This document shows positions 28,902 to 38,152 of a stretch of 64,000 nt of DNA, in pieces. Numbering within the stretch: position 1 is the first letter of the stretch; every line of letters begins with the position of its first letter. The translations under genes were made by a program, and so were the position numbers. The stretch comes from an uncultured bacterium (GTDB lineage Bacteria > Chloroflexota > UBA5177 > JANWHV01). The notes under the pieces were generated by a model. That model was not told the origin of the DNA, did no database searches, and saw only the letters and a list, made by a program, of their open reading frames with translations. The stretch spans positions 1,152,001 to 1,216,000 of the forward strand of contig CAWHAE010000009.1 of assembly GCA_963827235.1 (NCBI GenBank), given 5' to 3'.

Positions 28902-29543
28902 CTACTCCTCGGCAGGCTCCGGGCGCAGCGGATTCTGGAAGAGATCGGCCACCCGGTAGGAGAAGCCGGGGATCACATCCTCGCCGTCGAGCGCGTCGCT
29001 GACGTTGAGCGTGCGGACCGGACCGGTGAGCACCTCCCGGTGCCATATGTCGATGTGCTTGGCCTGAGGCCAGACCACCCACACCAGGCTCGTGCCGGCA
29101 CGAAGATACTTGCGGGCCTTGGCGGCCATGGCATCGGCCGATTGGTCGGGCGACACGACTTCCACTGCGAGGTCGGGTGGAAATGGGATGGGCTTGCTGT
29201 CGTCCACGATGTCCGCCAGGTGCGCCGCAGCATAGTATCCTACGTCTGGGATGAGGCCGGTCTCTGCACCGGGGCACTTGTAGACCCCGTCAGCGCCGGT
29301 CATGATCCCGAGTCCGTGTGCATCGACATACGCGCCAAGCTGTACGAGCAGGCGTGCGCCAAGCCGCGACGCCTCATTGCCGCTCCCGCTCATGCGCACC
29401 AACACCCCTTCCACCACCTCGTAGATGTACCCGTCGTCGGGCAGGCTCAACAAGTCGTCTACCGTCGCCGGGCCATGGCCCGGCACGACCTCCGCCCAGG
29501 GGGCGGGGGACCGAGGTACGCCGCGAGAAACTGCAACCGCCAT
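28902..29543 (-). CDS. Uma2 family endonuclease
   Basis: YEVVEGVL, IPDVGY, PPDLAVEVVSP, YLRAGTSLVWVVWP, VIPGFS. Confidence 0.93.
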   Translation of the reverse strand: MAVAVSRGVPRSPAPWAEVVPGHGPATVDDLLSLPDDGYIYEVVEGVLVRMSGSGNEASRLGARLLVQLGAYVDAHGLGIMTGADGVYKCPGAETGLIPDVGYYAAAHLADIVDDSKPIPFPPDLAVEVVSPDQSADAMAAKARKYLRAGTSLVWVVWPQAKHIDIWHREVLTGPVRTLNVSDALDGEDVIPGFSYRVADLFQNPLRPEPAEE

Positions 29544-29880
29544 GGGGCACCTCCACTTACGGTTTCAGCATAGCGCGCCTGGCCCTCGCGCGCGGGCCCG
29601 ATCTCCGCGGAGGCGCACCCGCGGGCCTGCACGGTTGTGGTCCAAGGCCCCGGCCCGGCGATCCTGGGACCACGGCCGTCGCGGCTGCCTCCGGACGTGC
29701 CTGCAATTGCTTGCATCGACGAAAGGCACGAGACGCCTGCGTTGCGATGTCCAGGCGGGCTCGTGTCTCGCGGGCACTGTCGGGTGGCCGTGCTCGGCGC
29801 CTCGCGCGATGCCGCCAGAATCCCGGGTCCGGCCGCAGGTGAGGGCCGTGGCCTATCACGCCAAACGACTGAAAGCGGCT

Positions 29881-30750
29881 CTAGCCGGCGCGGGCGATCT
29901 CCGCGGATACCCAGCCGATCACGATGGCGTTGGCGCCGTGCTGCTTCGCCAGTGCCAGGGCCGAGCGTGCCGCCGTCGGCTTGCCGAGCTCAAGCTCGTC
30001 CCAGGCGATGGAGAGATAGGAGTTTCGCCTGGAGCCGTATCCCGTCGTGTCCTTCAGCCTGCCGGCGAGCAATTGCTGCGTTCGTGCCAGGTCGTTGCTA
30101 TAGGCGGCGGTGAGGCTCCAGCCTGCCGCGCTAAGCACCCGGTCCAGTAGGGCCTGCTTGGCGGGCGGGTACAGCACGAGGAAACGGCGATTCGTGCTCT
30201 TCCAGATGGCGTCGAACTCGGCATAGCCGATCACGTGGCCCTGACCCAGGTAGGGATCGCTGGACACGAAGCTTGACTGGCCGTCGTCGTACGACCGGAT
30301 GGGCCTGTAGTGCCCGACGTGGTCCGTGAGACTAACGTACTGGCTGACGATGACCGGGAAGCCGTTGGCGACGAGCAGCTTTATCACGCGCTCGCTGCCC
30401 GCGATACCGAGCAAGGCGCGCATACTGAGGCTGCGCATGTAGGCAGGCACGCCATACGGGGTCGTGCCGTACGGGTTACCGTCGGCCCGTATTACGGACT
30501 GCACCTGGTACTGCGTGCGATAGATGCCCCAATAGGCCAGCACCTCGGCGACCGACGCCGGACCGCAGTTGTTCCACGTCTGGGAAATGTTCTCCAGGGG
30601 CCCGAGCGCGGCGCTGGCCGGCAGGGGCTTGAGGCCGGCGGGCACAACCCTGGCGAACGCCGCGCCGCCCGGCCATGCGCTCTGTACGGCCACGAGCAGG
30701 GCGACCGCAAAGGCGGCTGCAATGGAAACGATCGATCGGCGGCAGCTCAT
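29881..30750 (-). CDS. Secreted C39-like cysteine peptidase with C-terminal TPR-like helices
   Basis: Signal peptide; QTWNNCGPAS, VGHYR, SSDPY. Confidence 0.85.
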   Translation of the reverse strand: MSCRRSIVSIAAAFAVALLVAVQSAWPGGAAFARVVPAGLKPLPASAALGPLENISQTWNNCGPASVAEVLAYWGIYRTQYQVQSVIRADGNPYGTTPYGVPAYMRSLSMRALLGIAGSERVIKLLVANGFPVIVSQYVSLTDHVGHYRPIRSYDDGQSSFVSSDPYLGQGHVIGYAEFDAIWKSTNRRFLVLYPPAKQALLDRVLSAAGWSLTAAYSNDLARTQQLLAGRLKDTTGYGSRRNSYLSIAWDELELGKPTAARSALALAKQHGANAIVIGWVSAEIARAG

Positions 30751-30930
30751 GGCGGACTCCCGGGAAGCGGCTGGCAGAGATCCTGCTTCGAGCATAGCAG
30801 ACCGCGGGGAAGGGTCGATGAGTATACTGACTGCGTCTGTCTCCCGCGCTCGAGCGGTGTCGCAGATCGCGCGGGCGGGCCCTGCCTGCAGGCGGTGCGA
30901 GCGCGGCGTTAGAAGTCAGGGGAGGTGGTC

Positions 30931-31749
30931 ATGCGCATTGCCATCGTCGGCGCGGGCATCATGGCTGAGGCCATTATCAAGGGAATCCTGGGAAAGGGCG
31001 TGTGCGGTCCGGACTCCCTGGTTGCCAGCGACCCTCGCGATGAACGGCGCACGTTTCTGCAGATGCAATATGGCATCCGCCTCCACGAATCGAACGTCGA
31101 GGCGGTGGCGGGTGCCACGATCGTGATCATGGCGGTCAAGCCGCAGAACGTGCCGACCGTGCTCAAGGAACTGGGAGACGTGCTGACCGACGATCAAGCG
31201 CTGATCTCGATCGCCGCCGGCATTGCCCTGAGCACGCTCGAGCAGAGTCTCGGCCGCCACGCCATCGTGCGAGCCATGCCCAACACGCCGTGCCTGGTGG
31301 GCGAAGGGATGATCGTGTGGCTACCCAACGCCTGGGTGACGCCCGCCCAGATCGAGCTCACCCGGGGCATCTTCGGTGCGCTGGGACGCCAGCTTCAGGT
31401 GTCAAACGAATCGTTCCTGAATATGGCCACCTGTATCTCCGGGTCGGGCCCGGCCTATCTCTTCTTGTTCATGGAGGCGCTGATCGATGCCGGCGTGCAG
31501 ATCGGCCTGCCGCGCTACATGTCGGAGGAGCTGGTGACGCAGACCGTCTTGGGCTCGGTCAGGCTGACACAGGACTCCGAGCGGCATCCGGCCGCCCTGA
31601 AGAATGACGTGACGTCGCCGGGCGGCACCACGGCGCAGGCGCTCTACCACCTGGAAAAGGGTGGGCTACGGTCGACGATCGCCGAAGCCGTGCTGGCGGC
31701 CTATCATCGAGCGCAGTCGCTGGGCAGGGCCGAGGGTGATCCCAGGTAG
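30931..31749 (+). CDS. proC: Pyrroline-5-carboxylate reductase
   Basis: IVGAGIMA, AVKPQ, RAMPNTP, SGSGPAY, VTSPGGTT. Confidence 0.96.
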   Translation: MRIAIVGAGIMAEAIIKGILGKGVCGPDSLVASDPRDERRTFLQMQYGIRLHESNVEAVAGATIVIMAVKPQNVPTVLKELGDVLTDDQALISIAAGIALSTLEQSLGRHAIVRAMPNTPCLVGEGMIVWLPNAWVTPAQIELTRGIFGALGRQLQVSNESFLNMATCISGSGPAYLFLFMEALIDAGVQIGLPRYMSEELVTQTVLGSVRLTQDSERHPAALKNDVTSPGGTTAQALYHLEKGGLRSTIAEAVLAAYHRAQSLGRAEGDPR

Positions 31750-32114
31750 TCGCGGGCCGCGTTCTTGAGCACCGAGAGGCCGAGCGTCGCGCAACGCGGG
31801 CGCACTTTGAGGAGCTCCGGGCCGAGATCCTCGTACAGATCGTCCGCGCTCAGGGCTTCCAACTCGCGCAGCGACCTTCCCTGCGCGAGCTCGGTGAGCA
31901 GCGACGCCGCGGCCTGGCTAATGGTGCAGCCCTCTCCCTCGAAGCTGATTTCCGCCAGCCGATCGTCCGCGTCTAGCCGGGCGTACATGCTGACCACGTC
32001 GCCGCACCCGGGATTGCTTCCCGATGCATGAAGCTGAGCGCCGTCCAGCGGCCGGTTGTTGCGAGGGTTCTCATAGTAGTCGAGCAAGGTCTCGACGTAG
32101 TCTTCGCGATTCAC
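31704..32114 (-). CDS. sufU: SufU/NifU-N Fe-S scaffold or sulfur-acceptor protein
   Basis: YYENPRN, NPGCGD, GEGCTISQAAASLL, RPRCATL. Confidence 0.85.
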   Translation of the reverse strand: MNREDYVETLLDYYENPRNNRPLDGAQLHASGSNPGCGDVVSMYARLDADDRLAEISFEGEGCTISQAAASLLTELAQGRSLRELEALSADDLYEDLGPELLKVRPRCATLGLSVLKNAARDYLGSPSALPSDCAR

Positions 32115-32253
32115 GATGCTTTCACTCTAGCATGTCGAGAGCAACGAGGCATACCCTCGCTATGCCGTAGCAACGGCCGTGTGATACGGTGAAGAGCGTG
32201 TCTTCACCGCGTATGTTCTCCGGTATGGCACCGGAGCAGGTTGGGAGTCGTGC

Positions 32254-33192
32254 ATGGGGCAAGAGATCACGCGGCAGCAGACGTGGCCGAGGACTGGATC
32301 GCCGCTGACGCGCCATCGGGCCGTGCTTCCCAGAGTCGGTGCCCTCGGCCTGCTGATGCTCATTCTGGCCTGGGTGGTTTCCTGGAATCAGCTCCAGCCA
32401 TTCGCCCAGTTCTATTTCTTTCCCATATGGCTGGGCTACATCCTGTTCGTAGACGCAATCGTGCTGGCTCGGCGTGGCGTGTCGCTCCTGCAGCAGAGCA
32501 CCAGACAATTCGTGGCCCTGTTCGTCATCTCGGCTTTCTGCTGGTGGGCCTTCGAGGCGCTCAATCTGCCGGTGCAGAACTGGCTCTACCATGGCGTCAG
32601 CCAGTACAGCTCGCTGGAGTTTGCTCTCTTCGCCACGCTGCCGTTCAGCACCGTCCTGCCCGCCGTGCTGGAGACCACGACGCTCGTCGGCTCGTTCGTC
32701 TCACCATCTCGCTACAGGGTGCTGGCCGGTGAGCAGCCGTCCAAACGCTTTGCCGGGTCGCTGATCCTGCTCGGCGTGGCCGCGTTCCTGGCGCCCTGGT
32801 TCTGGCCCGGGACCATGTATCCGCTGATCTGGAGCTCTATGATACTCGTCCTGGAGCCGATCAACTGGCTCGCCGGCCGGCCATCGATCTTCAGGCTGAT
32901 GCGGGCAGGTAGGATCGCCATGCTCTGCTCGCTCTTCGCGGGCGGTATCACCTGCGGGTTCTTCTGGGAGATGTGGAACTACCACTCATACCCCAAATGG
33001 TCCTACGTGCTGCCGGGCGTCACAGCGCCAAAGCTCTTCGAAATGCCCCTGCCAGGCTACCTCGGCTACCTGCCGTTCTCCCTGGAGCTCTACGCCGTGT
33101 ATAACATCGTTTTGCTGCTTGCTCATGCCACCAGCAGCTTCGAGCGCGTCATGCAACTGCCGCGACGGTCGACGCCGGCGACCAGCGAATGA
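32254..33192 (+). CDS. Conserved multi-pass membrane protein of unknown function
   Basis: About 8 TM segments; repeated WWAFEALN..QNWLY / FWEMWNY..KWSY; KLFEMPLPGYLGY. Confidence 0.8.
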   Translation: MGQEITRQQTWPRTGSPLTRHRAVLPRVGALGLLMLILAWVVSWNQLQPFAQFYFFPIWLGYILFVDAIVLARRGVSLLQQSTRQFVALFVISAFCWWAFEALNLPVQNWLYHGVSQYSSLEFALFATLPFSTVLPAVLETTTLVGSFVSPSRYRVLAGEQPSKRFAGSLILLGVAAFLAPWFWPGTMYPLIWSSMILVLEPINWLAGRPSIFRLMRAGRIAMLCSLFAGGITCGFFWEMWNYHSYPKWSYVLPGVTAPKLFEMPLPGYLGYLPFSLELYAVYNIVLLLAHATSSFERVMQLPRRSTPATSE

Positions 33193-33237
33193 CGCGGGAT
33201 TGCCGTCGGCGGAGGCGCCGCCTGTGCATAAGCCTAT

Positions 33238-33267
33238 TTCACACCTCTTGACACCTGATGTTACAAT
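33238..33267 (+). promoter_or_regulatory. Putative promoter of maf(-tnaA): TTCACA-18-TACAAT, extended -10
   Basis: ttcacacctcttgacacctgatgttacaat, containing the direct repeat TT(C/G)ACACCT. Confidence 0.5.
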
Positions 33268-33359
33268 GGCGACACATGGAAGGACACGCGGCCCGGTGGG
33301 CCAAGACACACCGCGGTAATCTTTCCACTCGCCGCGGGTGGTCTGCCGGGCCTGGGTAA

Positions 33360-34001
33360 GTGACTTTCGTGGCTTCCTCCTCGACTCCTGTCATTCTGGG
33401 ATCCAGTTCGCCGCGCCGCCATCAGTTGCTGCGTTACCTGGGCATTCCGTTCTCCATCGATCCCAGCACGCTGGACGAAACGCATCCTCCACACGCCTCG
33501 CCTCCGCAGGTGGCGCTGTTCCTGGCGGAGCAGAAGGCGATAGACGTGGCGCGCAGGCACCGCGATGCGGTGGTGATCGGCGCCGATACTCTGGTCGATC
33601 TGAACGGGCGTATCCTGAATAAGCCCGTCGACGCCGCGGATGCCGAGACGATGCTACGTATGCTGGCCGGGAACACCCACCGCGTGCACACGGGCATTGC
33701 CGTCTGGCGCGCGGGACGCGTGCTGAGCCGCGTGGTGACGGCGTCGGTGACCATGCACCCTGCCACGGATGAGGCTATCCGCACCTATGTGGCCGGCGGC
33801 GAGCCCATGGACAAGGCGGGCGCCTATGCTGCCCAAGGCGAAGGTGCCGCGCTGATCGCCCGCGTCGACGGCTCGTATCTGGCCGTGGTCGGCCTGCCGC
33901 TGCTGGCTCTGCACGCAGCGCTGACCGAGGCCGGTGTCCCGGTCGCCGCCGATCTGTCCGGGCTGGAGCGCCTGGAGAGCGGTGACTTCAGCGCGGCGTA
34001 A
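33360..34001 (+). CDS. maf: Maf family nucleoside triphosphate pyrophosphatase
   Basis: ILGSSSPRR, LAEQKA, VIGADTLV, DKAGAY, VVGLP. Confidence 0.93.
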   Translation: MTFVASSSTPVILGSSSPRRHQLLRYLGIPFSIDPSTLDETHPPHASPPQVALFLAEQKAIDVARRHRDAVVIGADTLVDLNGRILNKPVDAADAETMLRMLAGNTHRVHTGIAVWRAGRVLSRVVTASVTMHPATDEAIRTYVAGGEPMDKAGAYAAQGEGAALIARVDGSYLAVVGLPLLALHAALTEAGVPVAADLSGLERLESGDFSAA

Positions 34002-34139
34002 CGCGGCACGCCCGTACTGAGCTATCCTTGGAGCGATGAGCCGCCCCGCCCGGACTCGGGCGCGGTCGAGCCGGCTACAGGCCGCCTCCGCGAGCCCCGC
34101 CGGCGGCAGTGAGGGGCGAGTTGAATAGGGAGAGGCAGC

Positions 34140-35534
34140 GTGGAATTCCAGCCGCGAACGATCATCGAGCCGTTTCGCATCAAGTCGGTCGAGCCCATCC
34201 ATTTCACGACTCCCGAGCACCGACGCGCGGCGTTGGAAGCCGCGGGCTACAACCTGTTTCTGCTCCGCGCCGACGATGTGACGATCGATCTGCTGACCGA
34301 CTCCGGCACAGGCGCCATGAGCTCCGCGCAGTGGGGCGGCATGCTGCAGGGCGACGAGAGCTATGCCGGCAGCAGATCGTTCTACAGGCTGCAAGCGGCC
34401 GTTCAGCGAATCACCGGGTTCAAGTACGTCATCCCTACCCACCAGGGCCGCGCCGCCGAGCGAATCCTCTTCGGCACGGTTTGCCGGCCGGGACAGGTCG
34501 TGCCCAGTAACTCGCACTTCGACACTACGCGCGCCAACATCGAAGCAGTGGGCGCCGAAGCGCACGACCTGGTGATCGCGGAAGGCCTGCAGCCTGCTCT
34601 GCTGCACCCCTTCAAGGGCAACATGGACCTGGATCGGTTGGCGGAAACGCTGCGCACGGTGGGGCGAGAGAATGTCCCCCTGTGCATGATCACGGTGACC
34701 AACAATGCCGGCGGCGGCCAGCCGGTGAGCATGGCCAACATCCGCGCCGTGAGCGAGCTCTGCCGCACACACGAGATCCCCTTCTTCATCGACGCCTGCC
34801 GGTTTGCCGAGAACGCCTGGTTCATCAAGCAGCGAGAGCCCGGGTACGCCGGCAAGTCGCCGGAGGAGATCGCGCGGGAGATGTTCAGCTATGCCGACGG
34901 CTGCACCATGAGCGCCAAGAAGGACGGCATGGCCAACATCGGCGGCTTCCTGGCCCTAAACGACGACGACTGGGCCCAGCGCGCCAAGAACCAGCTCATA
35001 CTCGGTGAGGGATTTCCCACGTACGGCGGGCTGGCCGGCTACGACATGGAGGCGATCGCCACCGGTCTCTTCGAGGCGCTCGAGGACGACTACCTGCGCT
35101 ATCGCGTGCGGTCGATCGAATATCTGGGGGAGAGGATGACTGCCAGCGGCATACCGATCGTGCTGCCCACGGGTGGTCACGCGGTATATATCGATGCCGC
35201 CGCCATGCTCTCACATATTCCGCCGCGCCAATACCCGGCCCAAGCGCTCTGCGTGGCCCTCTACCTGACAGCAGGTATCCGGAGCGTGGAGATCGGCAGC
35301 GTGATGTTCGGTAAGCCGGGAGCCGACGGCACCGAGGAGCCTGCCCGCGAGGAGCTGGTACGGCTGGCATTTCCCCGTCGCACCTACACGCAGAGCCACG
35401 TGGACTACCTGGCCGAGGCACTGGACTACGTGGCTACGCACAAAGACGGTCTCCGTGGCCTGCGCATCGTCTGGCAGGCGCCCGCGCTCAGGCACTTCAC
35501 GGCCCGGTTCGCGCCCGCCGACGACGCGGTGTAG
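34140..35534 (+). CDS. tnaA: Tryptophanase (tryptophan indole-lyase)
   Basis: DLLTDSGTG, THQGR, MSAKKD. HFDTTR, EGFPTYGG and LRHFTARF match tryptophanase rather than tyrosine phenol-lyase. Confidence 0.9.
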   Translation: MEFQPRTIIEPFRIKSVEPIHFTTPEHRRAALEAAGYNLFLLRADDVTIDLLTDSGTGAMSSAQWGGMLQGDESYAGSRSFYRLQAAVQRITGFKYVIPTHQGRAAERILFGTVCRPGQVVPSNSHFDTTRANIEAVGAEAHDLVIAEGLQPALLHPFKGNMDLDRLAETLRTVGRENVPLCMITVTNNAGGGQPVSMANIRAVSELCRTHEIPFFIDACRFAENAWFIKQREPGYAGKSPEEIAREMFSYADGCTMSAKKDGMANIGGFLALNDDDWAQRAKNQLILGEGFPTYGGLAGYDMEAIATGLFEALEDDYLRYRVRSIEYLGERMTASGIPIVLPTGGHAVYIDAAAMLSHIPPRQYPAQALCVALYLTAGIRSVEIGSVMFGKPGADGTEEPAREELVRLAFPRRTYTQSHVDYLAEALDYVATHKDGLRGLRIVWQAPALRHFTARFAPADDAV

Positions 35535-35742
35535 CGCGCCGCCCGGGCCGGCGAGAAGGATCACGTGTGCCGGTCGCTACGACAGCGGGGCTCCGAGTCG
35601 CCGGCATTCCCGCAAGCCGGACGGCCGCGGCGCTGGAACTGCATGGCCCGCCACAGTATCATGGGCTGAAGCGGCCCGAGACGCTGCCGAACGGGAGCGC
35701 GAGTCGGGGAACAGGTATCGAGGCTTCAGGAAGCGCGGAACT

Positions 35743-35952
35743 GTGACGGCTCTAGATCGCAAGTTCGTCGAAGAATTCGAGTGCCTCATGTGCGAGGTCG
35801 AGCAGGTCATACAGGAATTCCCACCTGAGCTGCGCCCGGCCTTGCGCGACGAGGCCCGGGTTGCCTTCCGCCTGGAGCTGCAGAGACGCTGGGAGGAACT
35901 GCAGGCGCGCCTCGAGGGTGTGCGCGGCGATTCCGCCGGACAGACCGGCTGA
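35743..35952 (+). CDS. Small helical hypothetical protein
   Basis: GTG start; GC3-rich, charged helical sequence VTALDRKFVEEFECLMCEVEQ. Confidence 0.5.
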   Translation: MTALDRKFVEEFECLMCEVEQVIQEFPPELRPALRDEARVAFRLELQRRWEELQARLEGVRGDSAGQTG

Positions 35953-35985
35953 GCCGGCGGCTGCCCGTGGGTTTGCCTGGCGCGA

Positions 35986-36918
35986 CTAGGCTCGCGCGGC
36001 GGCCCGTGCCAGCAGCGCCTCTACCCTCTCCGCGCTGAGTGCCCCGGTGCCGCCGACGTGCGCAGCCGTGAGCGCTCCGCAGGCGTTGCCGCGCAAGACG
36101 CAGGCCGCCAGCGTGCTACCCGCGATCCATCCGCTCAGGAAGCCGGCGTCGAACGCATCGCCGGCACCAAGAGTGTCGCGCGCCTGTACGGAGATGCCCG
36201 GCACGTGCACGAGCTCGCTGCCGCGCGCAGCCCAGGCGCCCTCCGCGCCGCACTTAACGGCGACCACCGGCACGCGCTGGGCGAGCCGGGATAGGGCATC
36301 GCGCACGTCCGTTGCGCCGCTGATCGCCAGGGCCTCCACGTGATTCGGCAGGAAGATGTCAGCGTGGTCGAGCAGTCCGTCGATTTCCCACTTCTCGGCA
36401 GGGTCGTGGCCCGTGTCCACCGAGGTGGTGAGTCCCAGCTCGTGCGCCTCGCTCAGGAGGGCCGGCACATCCGGCTGCAGCCCTTCTTGCAGAAAGTAGG
36501 AGGACAGATGAAGGTGACGGGAACGTGCCAGGACGTCGGATCGAACATGTGCCAGGCAGAAGCGGGCCATGGCGCCGGGATAGGTAAGGATGGCCCGGTC
36601 GTGCCGGCCCGATAGCGCAACGCTGGCGCCGGTTCTCACTGTGGTGTCGACGACGATGCCGCTGTGGTCGATGTGGCGGTTCTGAAAGTGCTCGAGCATG
36701 TAGTGGCCAAAGGGATCGTCGCCTACCAGCCCACACACGCCGACGCGCATGCCGAGGTCGGCAAGTCCCGTGGCTACCAGGACCCCGCTGGAGCCGGCAG
36801 TGAGCACGACGTCGCTTACCGTGCGCTCGGCGCCGAAGCGGGGCGGTCCATCCACGCCGGCCACGACAATGTCGACGTTGACTTCGCAGACCACCACGAT
36901 GTCGAGATCCTTGTTCAT
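35986..36918 (-). CDS. PfkB family carbohydrate kinase
   Basis: GLVGDDPFG, FLPNHVEA, VKCGAEGA, DTLGAGDAFDAGF. Confidence 0.93.
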   Translation of the reverse strand: MNKDLDIVVVCEVNVDIVVAGVDGPPRFGAERTVSDVVLTAGSSGVLVATGLADLGMRVGVCGLVGDDPFGHYMLEHFQNRHIDHSGIVVDTTVRTGASVALSGRHDRAILTYPGAMARFCLAHVRSDVLARSRHLHLSSYFLQEGLQPDVPALLSEAHELGLTTSVDTGHDPAEKWEIDGLLDHADIFLPNHVEALAISGATDVRDALSRLAQRVPVVAVKCGAEGAWAARGSELVHVPGISVQARDTLGAGDAFDAGFLSGWIAGSTLAACVLRGNACGALTAAHVGGTGALSAERVEALLARAAARA

Positions 36919-37221
36919 GTTCACTCCAGATACCAGGAGAGGCTCATGACGCCGCCACACCGCAGGCGAAAGCGAAACTTTGATACAGATCGTAACTATC
37001 TCCCGCTATAGTACGGCAGGGGGTGCCTGCGACACAACTACCCGGCGTGCAGCCCGCGGCCGTCCAGTTCTCTGAGCGGAAAGTCGCCGCCAAACCCGGA
37101 ATCGTGGGAAGTCTGAGGCCGTCGGCGCCTCGTGGAGGAGGGCAGCGCTGACCTCTTCCACGGGCCCACCACGCCCACCGGGCGCCGAATTGGAGCCGAT
37201 CCGGCTCCGCGCCGGCTTCTT

Positions 37222-37290
37222 GCCCCCACTTCTCCCCACTTTCGCGTAACCAGGCCGCGATCGAGGTTATGCTGAGCACGATTCCCCCAC
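37222..37290 (-). repeat. Distal inverted copy of MraZ-type GTGGG boxes
   Basis: Reverse complement of 37222-37240 (agtggggagaagtgggggc) matches 37538-37556 at 17/19. Further CCCAC at 37286. Confidence 0.55.
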
Positions 37291-37513
37291 TTGCACGGCT
37301 CGGATCAGTCCCGGGGGAGAGTGGCGGCGGGCATAGCGGCCGCGCCGGAGGGATCCAAAGTTGCGTGGGGTTGCCGATGAGATCGGTATCGATGAAGAAG
37401 GAACGTTGTCCCGCCTTCTCGTGCTTTACAGCGCCAATTCCTCGTCATTTCCAGATGACCTCGCCGCGCAAAAGAAGGGGAACAAACACTGGTGTGGCCG
37501 GTACCCCGGAGCG

Positions 37514-37573
37514 TATACTGACCTCACTGTGGATAACAGTGGGGATAAGTGGGGCCAGATGGGGATAACCGGG
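37514..37573 (+). promoter_or_regulatory. dcw promoter: -10 TATACT, perfect DnaA box, 10-bp-periodic MraZ boxes
   Basis: TATACT 37514; TGTGGATAA 37528-37536; GTGGA/GTGGG/GTGGG/ATGGG/CCGGG at 37529, 37539, 37549, 37559, 37569. Confidence 0.75.
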
Positions 37574-37582
37574 GGCCGCTGA

Positions 37583-38023
37583 ATGATGTTCTTGGGTGAG
37601 TTCGCGCACAGTCTGGACAGCAAGGGGAGGCTGGCAATTCCTGCCAGGTTCCGCCTGCAGCTGGGCGAGGGCGCGATCGTCACACGAGGGCTCGACGGCT
37701 GCCTGGTGATCTACCCTGCCCAGGAGTGGCAGGACTATGCGGAGAAGCTGGACAAGCTGCCGTCCACCCAGCCGGATGTGCGGAACTTCAAGCGGTTCAT
37801 CTTTTCCGGTGCGACGGAGTGCGAGTTCGACCGGCAGGGGCGGGTGCTTATTCCGGCGTTCCTGCGGGAGTACGCGGCGCTGGACGAGACCGCCGTGGTC
37901 GTGGGCCAGTACAGCAAGGTTGAGATCTGGTCACAGTCGCGCTGGGATGCCGCGCGGCCCAAGGTGGAGGAGGACGGCGAGCATATTGCCGAACGGCTTT
38001 CCGGGCTTGGGCTTGATATCTAG
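37583..38023 (+). CDS. mraZ: Transcriptional regulator MraZ
   Basis: MFLGEFAHSLDSKGRLAIPARFR, DRQGRVLIP..LREYA, VEIW. Confidence 0.97.
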   Translation: MMFLGEFAHSLDSKGRLAIPARFRLQLGEGAIVTRGLDGCLVIYPAQEWQDYAEKLDKLPSTQPDVRNFKRFIFSGATECEFDRQGRVLIPAFLREYAALDETAVVVGQYSKVEIWSQSRWDAARPKVEEDGEHIAERLSGLGLDI

Positions 38024-38152
38024 CGCGGCTCGGTGCCGGACGACATGACGGGTGTTCCGTATCGCGCTCCATCCGGTACGCAGGCAGGCGGTGGGACGCG
38101 ACGATGGCGTGCTGCGCGAGTGCGGCCCGCCGAGAACAATCGGGGAGGTGTG

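Noticed and set aside
34016-34092. TnaC-like leader peptide before tnaA
   Set aside because: The short ORF (MSRPARTR..) has no Trp and no TnaC motif.
34140-35534. Tyrosine phenol-lyase call
   Set aside because: Diagnostic residues (FDTT, EGFPTY, LRHF) favour tryptophanase.
37528-37568. oriC
   Set aside because: Only one perfect DnaA box, no AT-rich unwinding element, and no dnaA/dnaN nearby.
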